A stretch of DNA of 64,000 nucleotides from Eledone cirrhosa (taxonomy: Eukaryota): assembly GCA_964016885.1 (NCBI GenBank), contig OZ024744.1:58280001-58344000 (forward strand), given 5' to 3'. The position numbers and the translations under genes were made by a program. The notes under the pieces are model-generated. The model ran no database searches and was not told the DNA's origin. It was given only the letters and a program-made list of their open reading frames with translations. Positions 41,701-52,881 of this stretch are shown here, in pieces; the stretch's first letter is position 1; each line of letters starts with the position of its first letter.

Positions 41701-43214
41701 AAAATCACAAAACTTGAGTATGAACTATCTATTGATAGATTAACAATCTATTTTGTTTAGTCAACTAGACTGCTTAGAATTTTGAAAAGAAGAATCTGGA
41801 GGGATTTAGTAATATCATTTTCTCATTAAGTTTGTGTTCGGAATATAACTAAACAAATTCCTATATAAAATTAGGATGGAAGGATTTTAGATAAATATAA
41901 ACACTTTTTTTTATTGTAGAACCAGAAGCAGTTTGGTATAAACATTTTTTTTTTAAATTTACTTTCTGTATTTCTGGATAAAAGTCATCTTTCATTGCAA
42001 AAAGGCAAAAATATTACAACAGTGTTTCAAAATCATAGAAAAAAAACATGGTCTTTTCTGGATTGAAATGAAAAGTGGAATAAGTTTTACCACTAATATA
42101 GACCGGAAATTAAAGATGCTGAAGGTGTATATACATTCTTGATTATGTATGTAACATTCACTTATTCCTGAGAGGGTTGTGGAGTCCTCAAACACTCCTT
42201 CCAGTGTAAACTGTCGGAAGCAACCATCTACAACTGATCTGGCTGGATCCCCAAGCATGATCAGCCAAGCTCATGGATGTTATCCAACCATCTTGCTCTG
42301 GGTCTCGTGTGATTCTACCCTGAGACATTCTAACCACATGCCCATAGTATTGAAGCTGTGATCTCTCAATTCAGAGAAGTAGCAGCTCTACCTAGAGTGA
42401 GTCCTTGATCGCCAAGCTATGCACTCCGAGTAACGTTACTTCAAAGGAATCCCATATTGGCTGCAATTGCATAACTATTATTGTTATTCTTTTACTGGTT
42501 TCAATACAATTTACATAGTTTTTAATTCTATTGATCTCTTTTTGTCAGCCCATTATGTTTACATAGCATTAGCATAGATACGGATGCACACACATATATA
42601 TATACATTTATGATGGGCTTTTGTAGTTTCTGCGTAGCAAATTTCACTAAGGGCATTGGTCAATCTGAAAAACACGTTTGCAAAGCAAACTCCAAATCCA
42701 CACACCCTTGCTTGTGTATCAATTATATTAGAAGAGCTCAAATCGATTGATCTGTTCCTAACGATCTAAGTCTTTGCTAGATTTGTTGAAATTACTTTTT
42801 TAATACATAGTATATGGATGAAGTGTTCATGCCTTCCCACACTGTGGTTAATGTGGCAGTGTCATGATAAAAAGCACCCAGTATGTGCTGTGAAATTGTT
42901 GGCATTTTGTAAGGACACCGAGCTCAGAACCTGACAGCCCATATACTTTTGCTAGCATGGACAGTACATGCAGTCATGATAATGGTGATCATCATCCATT
43001 AATTGTTATTGCTCATTTGTATGATTCATAGTCTTGAAAGACGAAACATGAGGGTAGTTTTCTATACGTTTTAACTAGTTTGAACTAAGTCAGCTGAAAT
43101 AGATAAGGATCTTGGGATTACACCATATATATATATAACTTTAACTTTGATAGGTTTTGGCCAGTATTGGCCCAGGCCATATCTAACTTAATAGCACTAC
43201 CTGGCATATATATA

Positions 43215-43893
43215 TATCATCATCATTATCATTTTACGTCGGGTCTTATTCAGCACAGCATCTCTCCACTCGTCACGGTCCTTCATCATCTCCACCGTGA
43301 GCTTCAATGATCTGAGGTCTGTTCTCACCACCTCCGCCCATGTTTTTTGTGGTCTACCTCTACCACGTCTTCCTTCAACTGGCACTTCTTCACCCATTGG
43401 TCATCCTCCATGCGCATCACATGTCCATACCACCTCAGTCTCCTCTCTCGCACACTACATTCTATCCCTCTCAGACACAGTTTCTCTCTCAACACATTCA
43501 TGCTGGGTCGTTCACGCACATCCAACGGAGTATGCTTGCCACATTTCTCTCCAGCCGTTGCATATCCTCTGCAGTTGCTGCCCATGTCTCACTACCATGC
43601 AGCATCGCGCTCCTCACACAGGCATCATACAACCGGCCTTTCGTACACAGGGAGAAACTCTTCTTCGTCAGCAGCTCCCTAAACTTCTTCCAACCCGTCC
43701 TTATTCTAGATACTATGGCCTCGGAACACCCTCCTCCCATGCTAATCTGATTTCCTAGGTACTGGAAGCTATCCACCACTTGAAAAATGTGTCTATCAAT
43801 GCGACTTCTACTGCCTAATTTCCCTGTACATCTACTGCATACATATTTTTCCCTACCTGTGCATTTTATAGAATTTATGCCAGTTCCTGGCAT
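43215..43893 (-). mobile_element. 5'-truncated RTE LINE fragment (ORF C-terminus)
   Basis: Peptides VVDSFQYLG..KGRLYDACVRSAMLHGSETW, RERRLRWYGHVMRM and GRRGRGRPQKTW, ending in an (ATG)n tail. Confidence 0.88.
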
Positions 43894-43981
43894 ATATATA
43901 TATATATGTATATAATCATAAAGTACCTATTCAAACATTGTGGAAGACCCCCTATACATATAGATTATTTTTTATGGAGTG

Positions 43982-44054
43982 GCAGTTATTTGCAATACAA
44001 GTTTCACCTGGTAAATTATCACAACTAGGTGAAACTTGTATTGCAAATAACTGC
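43982..44054. repeat. Perfect 28-bp inverted repeat (hairpin)
   Basis: GCAGTTATTTGCAATACAAGTTTCACCT (43982-44009) and its exact reverse complement (44027-44054), separated by a 17-nt spacer. Confidence 0.92.
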
Positions 44055-45449
44055 AACTTATAGGTATATAATATCAAAGTTTGGTGGTTCTTTAGTATAA
44101 AATACTCTAAAGAAAAAAAATATGTCTACAATTAGAAAGGAGGATTTTGTTATAAAACTAAGCGTTATTGGAATATGAATTGTATTCTTCAACTGAAAGG
44201 TTAGGGGAAAAAACATGCATGTACACACACATATAAATAGATTTGTGTGGTTTAAAGGTCATGCATTCAAGACTATTATAGCTCAATAGCTTCCAGCTTG
44301 CTAAAGCAATTTTCTTTCCTTGACATTGCTCTACTACTAAACTTGCTAAATACCTGCTATGATGACTCTTCATTGTAAAAAAAACAAAAAAATAACACTT
44401 GTAATCCAGTTTAATGACCAAATATGGAATGATTTCATATAGAGGAAACTTCCTTCTACAAGCCTGCTGAATAATAATTGTGAGAAGAAAAGAACTTGCA
44501 GATGTAAAGTAGGGTGGTTCATGGTAATATTTTTGTAACTAGCATATAATACAGCAGATAAATATATTTTATTCTTTTGCTTCTTTCATTCATATTAGAC
44601 TAGCCATTTTCATTGATTATATCAATCCAAGTACTTTATTAACTCTGATACCTATATTATCAATCTCTTTTTCTTTTTTGTCGAATAGCTAAGTTACTGG
44701 ACATAAATGCACACACACACATATAACAGGCAGTTTCTGTCTAACAAATTTAACAAAGGAATTTGTCAAACCAAGGATATAGATGGTCAAGGTACCACTT
44801 AGTGGGATTGAATCTGAAACTACATGGTTGCAAATCAATCTTCTTAACCATGCAGCCATAATGACACTGCACCAACCTACATATATTCTTAAAGTGCACC
44901 TAGTACACTCTGTAAAGTGTTAGTGTTGGTGTCACAAAACTTGGTCAGTGCACAGCTTAAAGTGGGAGTATTAGTGCCGTGAAAAATGTACCCATTACAT
45001 GCTGTAAAATCGCTGATGTTAGGAAGGGCATGAGCCAGAAAAAACTCTGCCAAAACAGAACACGAAGAAGACATGTTCTGACCTGTCAAAGCCTCACAAC
45101 ATGGTGATTCATCCAACCCATACCAGTATGGAAGTAGATATAAAATATAGTTTATTGTTGATTTGTTAGTTTTGATTAATTTTAGCTAGATTCTTCTGTC
45201 TATTTTTTTTCCTGTCACTGTTGTACGCTATGCCACTGAATCATGAAAATATTATTCAGGTTTAATGGAGAGTGTGGGGTTCCATATCTCTTAATGAAGC
45301 ATATTTGATGTTTCATTAAACAAATGATTTTATCTTATTGATCTGTTGAAAGACCACTACTTATTTAATCAATCGTTTTTTTTTTTTGTTAAAGCACTAA
45401 GTTATGGTATATAAACAAACAGCCAATCTAAACACACACACAAATATAT

Positions 45450-47420
45450 CATCATTATCATTTAACGTCTATCTTCCACGTGAGCATGGGTTTAGACGGG
45501 AATTGTCCCACTTGAGGCCAGATTGGACGTCTCGCTCGTATAGGACTGTCTGGCAGGTTTTCTAAGGCTGGATGCCCTTCCTAACACCAACCACCTTTAC
45601 AGTGTGGACTTGGAGGTTTTTACCGTGTTACCTACACGGCCACATTAAAGCGTGGATTGTATTTTTTTGTCGTGACACCTACACGACCTCATTTATTTAG
45701 GACTGGATGTTGTGGTACCAACATAACTTTACTGAGAAAGGGGTGGTAGTGGGATGTGGGTGTATATTTGATTAAGAGGTGCCTACTGACTAGGTTTCAC
45801 TTTGTACTTAGGCAAGGCGGGTCTTCTGTATTACTGCGTAGCGCCAAAGATCTTGGTCCAGTGACATTGTGTTAGAGAGGTGTAAGTGTGTAAGGTCGGA
45901 ATTTATCAAATCGTCCCAGGTTTTTCTGGGTCTGCCTACTCCGTAACTTCTGACAATTTTGATCGCCCTGCACTTTTTTATACAGCTGTCTTTCATGCAC
46001 ATCACGCGACCATACCAACATAGTCTTCTCTCGAGTAAACAGCATCTGATCCCTCTTATACCTAATTTCTCACTTCATTTATGCTTTGCTGTTCACGTAT
46101 ATTACTATTACACATCCATCGGAGCATGCATGCCTCGTTCCTCTCCAGTCTGCACAGATCCTCTGCACACAATGCCCATATCTCACTGCCATGTAACTTA
46201 GCGGTTCGTATACAAGCATCATACAGTCTGCCTTTCGTTTTTAGAGAGAAACCTTTAGCGGCCAATAGTGGTATAAGCTATCTGAACTTTTTCCATCCCG
46301 TTCTGACTCTGGTTACTGTACTTTCTGAGCACCCTCCACCACTGCTGATTTTGACACCCAGGTAACGGAAGGTGTCCACTATTTCTATAGAGCCATCTGG
46401 GCAATAGGATCTAGTATCCTGTGGGCACTTGCTACTTATTGCACCTGAGCACCGGCCACATATAAAATCTATGTTCTTAGCTTACCTATGATCCCACTAC
46501 ATCTTTTATGCACCCATACTTTGCATTTGGGACATAAAATGGAATTTCTGCTTACTCCTTTCCTACACACTAAGCATGGCCATTTCCCAGAGGGGACCTG
46601 TGCCCTATTTTCCTTCCTACATACTAGAACTTTAGTCTTAGGCAAGTTATATTTAAGGCCTTTTGATTCTAGGCCATGCTTCCATGTTTGGAATTTCTTC
46701 TCTAGTTCATCCATCGATTCAGCTATGAGCGTTAGATCATCTGGATAGAGAAGTTCCCATGGGCAGCTGGTCTTGAACTCCTCTGTTATAGCCTGAAGGG
46801 CAATAATAAATAGGAGGGGGCTAAGGACAGCCCTGATGAACACCAACTTTTACACTAAATTCTTTACTATATTCGTTGTTAATTCTAACCTTGTTGACTG
46901 TTTCTTTATACATGGCTTGTATAGCTCTCACAAGTTATTCATCAACCCCTAGTTTTCTAATGGCGCGGGGGACTCTGTCAAATGCTTTCTCCAAGTCAAC
47001 AAAAGCTAAGTATAGAGGTTTACTTTTAGCTAGGTACTTCTCCTGTGGTTGTCGTACAAGGAAAAGGGTGTCTGTGGTACTTTTACCTGACACAAACCCG
47101 AACTGCATTTCATCTAGATCAATTTGCTCTGATTAGTTGCACTAAACCCTTTTCTGTGACCTTCATGACCTGGTCAATTAATTTAATGCCTCTATAGTTT
47201 CTCCTTTACCCTTGTAGCAGTTAAGGATGATGCTGATACCCCGTTCTGCATGACTTGGTTTACTATCCGGGTGACCATATGTGTCCCACCGTTCCGGATG
47301 CTTTCTGCATGTCTTCATATCTTTGATTGCCTTACTTATTATACTACCTTCAACTTGCACTGCTGGTCCCTCTATTGGATCGATGTGGAGCAGACTATCT
47401 TTTTCCCATTTATTCATTTA
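45450..47420 (-). mobile_element. RTE-clade LINE, 5'-truncated and frameshifted (RT, C-terminus, 3' UTR)
   Basis: QFGFVSGKSTTD, AFVDLEKAFDRVP, LSPLLFIIALQAITEEFKTSCPWELLYPDDL, DTFRYLG, KGRLYDACIR..LHGSEIW and GRPRKTW; the 3' end reads ...GACGTTAAATGATAATGATG. Confidence 0.9.
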
Positions 47421-48250
47421 CTTGTTTACTCAACTAAGGTACCCCAGAGTGGGAGTGAACATAAAACCACATGGTTGTGAAACAAACTCCTAAACGGCAT
47501 GACCATGTATTGTTATTTCTAAGGATAACACTTAAGCTGAAGCTACAAAAATATTAGAGCATCTTACTGTGGAAGTTGTTCTCTTGCTAGGGCTGAAGTC
47601 AGTAGAATAAGTAACAGGGGTTTCATTAGTTCAATTATCACCACCCGACTCTTTTATGATAAGAAAAATAGAGATGTATTTGTGATCTGTAATTGTAATT
47701 CTTCCTAGTTAAGGTAAAAGGATGAAAATGTGGTCTCAAAGTGATCAAATAAAAAGAATAGCAGCATAAAAAGGTTAAAGTATGCCCCAGCATGGCCACA
47801 GTCTCATGACTGAAACTGAATAAAAAGAATCTGTTGAAAATGCTAAAGAAATTCAAAACATAAGTTCATATGACTGACCATGACCATCCAATCATTTTGA
47901 TTTTTCATTCATATTTTTGGATTATGTTCAATGTGTTCCTTTGTCTAAGACGGTTGAGTGCAGGTGCGACTTGCGACTGCTGTTTGTGGCAAGTTGAATA
48001 ACTTTGCAGTGACTTTATCATTGACTACACTAGTGGTCTGCAAATTGACAAAATATGTGCCCCTCATTTTCAATATCAGTGAATTTCTTCACCTCCATTA
48101 ATGATAAAACAAAATAGGGCTATAAATATAATAGAATTATGGCTAATAATAAGCCATTTTGTCAACAAAATGGAAGCATTGACTCTGTATACAGGTCTAC
48201 CTGGTTCCCTCCCTCTCTTTCTCTTCTAACTATAGAACAAATTAATTTAA

Positions 48251-48434
48251 CCCTTTAGCATTTACATTACTCTATATTTACTACTGTATTTTCATGGTAA
48301 ACACTTTATTTCACATATCAAATCTATGAGATTTTGGTATTATTTATTTTGAGAACAATACCTTAACATTGGTATGCGCAGCTAGTTTGAACGGAAAGAG
48401 GTGAGAGAATTCTGGCCAGATATAGCCGGTTTAA
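48251..48434. mobile_element. Second, right-truncated copy of the piggyBac-like MITE
   Basis: TTAA|CCCTTTAGCATTTA start and a body colinear with 10451-10655; the right TIR is lost. Confidence 0.8.
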
Positions 48435-49194
48435 TAGATTAGACTATTCTATGGTATTAGGTTGACCAATGCCTTGTGAGTGGAATAATGTAGTCAGAAA
48501 CTTTGGAAATTTATCATATATATCATCCTCATCACTGTTTTACGTCCACTTTTCCACACTAGTATGGGTTAGATGAGTTATCCTGTTGTGGGCAATGCTA
48601 GGTCAAGTGATCATGTCTTGCTCATACAGAATTGATTTGGGCTTGGTTTCTACAGCTCGATGCCCTTTCTGATGCCAACCTTATTTAGAGTAAGTGCTGG
48701 GTGTCATGACACCTACACAACCACTTTACAGGGTGGACTGGGTGCCTTTTGTCGTGATACCTACACAACCACTTCACAGTGTGGACTGGTGCTTTTTGTT
48801 GTGACACACAACCACTTTACAGTGTGGGCTCAGCGCTATATATATATATATATATATATATTGTTCATGTCTCATGGTTTAGCAGTTCTAGAAAAAGAGA
48901 TTGATAAAATAAGTATCAGACTTTGCAAAGTAAATTCTGTAATTGATATAATTGACTAAAACCCTTTCACGTCAGTGCCCCAGCATGGCTGAAGTCTAAT
49001 AGGCTTCTAGTTAAAGAGTGTAGCAATTTGCTCTCTTTTTAGTCCTCATGTGACTTTTCCTTTAGCAGCACCAGACTAATTGACAATGAAGATTGATTAA
49101 TTTTTTATGAAAAGTTGGAACGATGTCAAAATATCTGAACAGCTATTTGTTCCAGGGTTTTACATAATGATTTTGTTGTTTTTTAACCATAGGT

Positions 49195-49470
49195 ATGGGC
49201 ACAGTCTGTGGTTAAGGAGTTCACATTGCAACCACATGGTTTCTGGTTCAGTCCTACTATGTGGTTTCTTGGGCAAGTGTCTTCTGTTATAGCCTCAAAT
49301 GGACCAATATCTTTTGATTGAAATTTAATAGTCAAACTGTAGAAGCCTATTGTATATATTTATATGCGTCCATGTCTACATTTATGTTTATGTCTGTGTT
49401 GTAACTTAGCTGTTTGACAAAAAGAAACTGATAAATTAAGTTTCAGATTTGGAAAAAACTAAGTAATGAG
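49195..49470 (+). mobile_element. tRNA-derived SINE (second family)
   Basis: GTGGTTAAG..CAACCACATGGTTTCTGGTTCAGTCC..CTTGGGCAAGTGTCTTCT head. Related pieces lie near 42480-42700(-), 44570-44860(-), 47775-47830 and 48860-49000. Confidence 0.65.
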
Positions 49471-49959
49471 GGTTGATATGTAAAATTGTACTGAATTGTT
49501 CTAAGAGAGGCAAAGAGTGTCTATTGAATTTACCCTAATACATTACTAGTAAATATTTTATCAATACTCCCCTCTCATCCCTACATCCACAGATCAATTA
49601 AGGGTAATGACAATACTGCCAAAATTTGAACCAAGGATTATGAGAACTGAAATCAATACAAAGCTGTGAGAATATTTGGGTTTCAAAATCCTATGAGCAA
49701 TGTTGTGTGGTAAACAAGTTCGCTTCAAAACTACATGGTTTGGGCTTGAGTTCAGTCTCACAGTGAAGAGCCAAAGGAAAGCTGCAAAAGTAGTTAACAT
49801 GCAGTACTGACATCAAGAAATCATATGGACAAGGAGAAGATCACATAGAAACCAGCCCAGTATTCAGAGTTGCTAACATAGTCTGCAATATAGACAACAG
49901 TAAAATAGACAAGACTCACTGATTCATTACTCAAATCAAAACATGCTTCCCTGTTAATT

Positions 49960-50250
49960 ACACAATATCACAGACATGCTTCAATAATAAGTACTCAATA
50001 TCACAGACATACAGCCTTACTGAGTACACAGTACCACAGAATACACCCATATCAAGTACACAGTATAACAGACATACTCTCCAGTACAGTACACTGTCTG
50101 TATAACATACTCTCCAATAGAGTATAACAGACATACTCTCCAGTACAGTATACTGTATAACAAACATACTCTCCAGTAGAGTACAACTTACATACTCTCC
50201 AGTACAGTACACAGTACAACAGATATACTCTCTATTACAGCACACGGTAT
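49960..50250. repeat. Minisatellite with core CATACTCTCCAGTA(C/G)AGTA
   Basis: At least six clear units with alternating long (about 33 bp) and short (about 25 bp) spacing. Confidence 0.8.
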
Positions 50251-51120
50251 AACAATTACTGTGAGGGTTTCAGGGAGTGAGAATTTGTTTCTTCTTCTGT
50301 GGCAAATCTCATCTCCAGTGTATGAAATTATTTTGGTACCTTCCAACTTCCTAGTTTTTAATCCCATAATACCACACGTTACGGTCTGATGGATCGTATG
50401 TTAAATAGTTTTGTTAGGGGAGTTAAGGTCGACCAATATGGCCGTCTCTTTCCACCAGCCCTCTTGTTTGTTTTACTTCTTCAGAATAGGAGATCTTCAA
50501 AAAAGAAGTTTTTCTTGGCACTAGCAAAAGATTTGGCAGTGGTGGCATTAATTGCTGGTTTTCTGGCTGACCTGTTGTTGTAGCTGTTTCGATTGCTATT
50601 GTCTTTTCCCATTTTATCGCTGTTATTTTTGCTTGTGTTGTTTTCATTTTTATTGTTGTTGTTGCTGCTGCTGCTGTTGTTGTCATTGATGTTATTCTTG
50701 TCTGATGTGTTTCCAATATTGTTTTGTGTTTAAAACCATATTATTTAAAATGATTGGTTCTATTTTTGGCACAAGGCCAGCAATTATATCAGTACATTAC
50801 TGGTACTTTATGTTATCGACCCCATGGTTTTGTTTTTGCTTTTGAGGCCATCCCCATTATAGAGACGCTGTCCCCCTCACCTTTCGCTTCCGTTGGTCTG
50901 AACGACGCTCTCTCTCTCTCTCATATTTGTGACTCCCATATATCAAACACCCTACATAATATGAATTTCTATGTATTCAAGTCAATGGATTGGCAGAATA
51001 GTTAGAATGTTGTACAAAGTGCCCACCAGTGTATGTTCCGAGTTTAAATCCCCCTCTGAGCAATGTTGCCTTTCATTTTTCCAGGTTCGATAAAATACAA
51101 TAGCTTTGATTTACCTTATA

Positions 51121-52132
51121 CTAGCAGCAGTACCCAGCGTTGCTTGGGTAGGTAAAATAATATCTGTTTTGATGAAAAGGTGTTGATCTTAGCGACTGCT
51201 TCTCGATGACTCATCTATGGCCACACACAGGCCATGCGGGGGAGGGTGGTGATGCCCTCTATCACTGAGAAACGCGGGAGACTGACGAAGGGGCATGCTG
51301 GGGGGAGGGAGGTAATGGCCTCTAACACTAAGCCAACTTTCCTCACACTACTTGATTGGAAACCGATGAATTCTCTAATACACAACTAAAAGCTCAGACG
51401 ACGTCAGTGGCCATCGTTTTGCCTTGACCATCTATAAGATGTGCAATGATAGGTTCTATCGTAGTATAAAAGTTGAACCCCAAAAATTGATTTAAGTGTA
51501 AGGTGGGGGCCAAAGTTTCGAATTTGAAAGAAATCGGTTGAAAAATGTGGGAGATAGAGCCGAAAAGGCGAAAAGGTGGTGTTTTGGAATATTTAAGCGG
51601 CTGCCACGCCGTTCCCGAACAAAAAATCCAAAATGTAAAGCCACTTTAATACGTGAAATAATCAGATCTAGCGTAGTGTAAAATTTGAACAAAGTAGGTT
51701 GATTAATGTGGGCGCTAGAGCCGAAAAAGTGGAAATTTGAGTCTAAAAGTGGTATTTTTGAATATTTAAGCGGTTGCCACGCCGTCCCTGAACAACAAAT
51801 GCAAAATATAAAGCCATTACAGGATATGCAATGATAAATTCTATTTTGCTTTAAAATTTGAACGAAATCGGTGGCAAAATGTGGGAGCTAGAACCAAAAA
51901 TCTTATTTTTCGATACCTAAAAAATGGTGATCCCCCTATCGATTTTTATCTGTAGAATGACCCAGGAATAAAAAAAAAAACCCAAAACGATACGCTGATA
52001 TATGGAAAACACTCCCCGATGACTAATCTATGAGCCTGTAAAGTTTCATGAAAATCGGTCGTAAGATGTAGGCTAGGCCCCTATAGGTAATATACAGACA
52101 GACACACATACTTAATTTTATATATATACGGA
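51121..52132 (-). mobile_element. Non-autonomous Helitron (about 1.0 kb)
   Basis: On the minus strand: host A|TC start at 52132, (TGTC)n near the 5' end, subterminal hairpin TACCCAAGCAACGCTGGGTA (51131-51150), CTAG|T end at 51121, no TSD, internal tandem repeats of about 160-185 bp. Confidence 0.85.
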
Positions 52133-52881
52133 TTGCAATCAAGACACGTACACACACACAATATCCTCCAAACTCACCCCATGCATACGTTCTCTTCAAA
52201 AGTAGATCCCATTAAAACGTATAAAGTGGTTAAAGTCTGCCCCAAAGGCATAGCTTCAAACAAGCTCTCTCTCTCTCTCTCAGAGTACAATAACAGACAG
52301 TCTATGAGGAACGGGAAGAGATGATTTGTTAGTAAAGCCGTAAACGTGAGAAAGAGAAAAGGAGAAATATATAGCAAGAGAGATGGGGGTGAGGGATAGA
52401 GATAGATAAATCGATAGAGAGAGAATGGTAGATAGATAAATTTATTTATTTATTCTTTATATACAGATCGATAGATAGATATGTTTCTTTATAGACAGAT
52501 AGTTAAAAAAGTTTTACCGAGTGTTAGCAATTCGACCAACCATATTTTAAGGGAGGCAACTCTTGTGTTATTAAATGTCAGTCGCTGGAACTATAGTTTT
52601 ATTTTACTGTTCGCTTCTCGGCCTTTTGACGACAATTGTAATATGTTATTAACACTAACTACAAAAATATAAATAAATACAAATAAATAAATAAAACAAT
52701 AATAATAATAATAATTGTTTCATTTATTAGCCATAAGGACCAACATATAGGGGACAATCCAATAGGCGGGGACAGTGGTGGTTTGCACAACATCGAGTAA
52801 AAAATAGGAAAACAATAACAATAAACAAGGAAAATACAACAATGAAAATTCCCCAATAGGGGGTAACAACCCAGGGTTGAT

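Noticed and set aside
49960-50250. CRISPR-like repeat-spacer array (also considered for 711-990)
   Set aside because: Eukaryotic context, degenerate repeats, spacers related to each other, and no cas genes.
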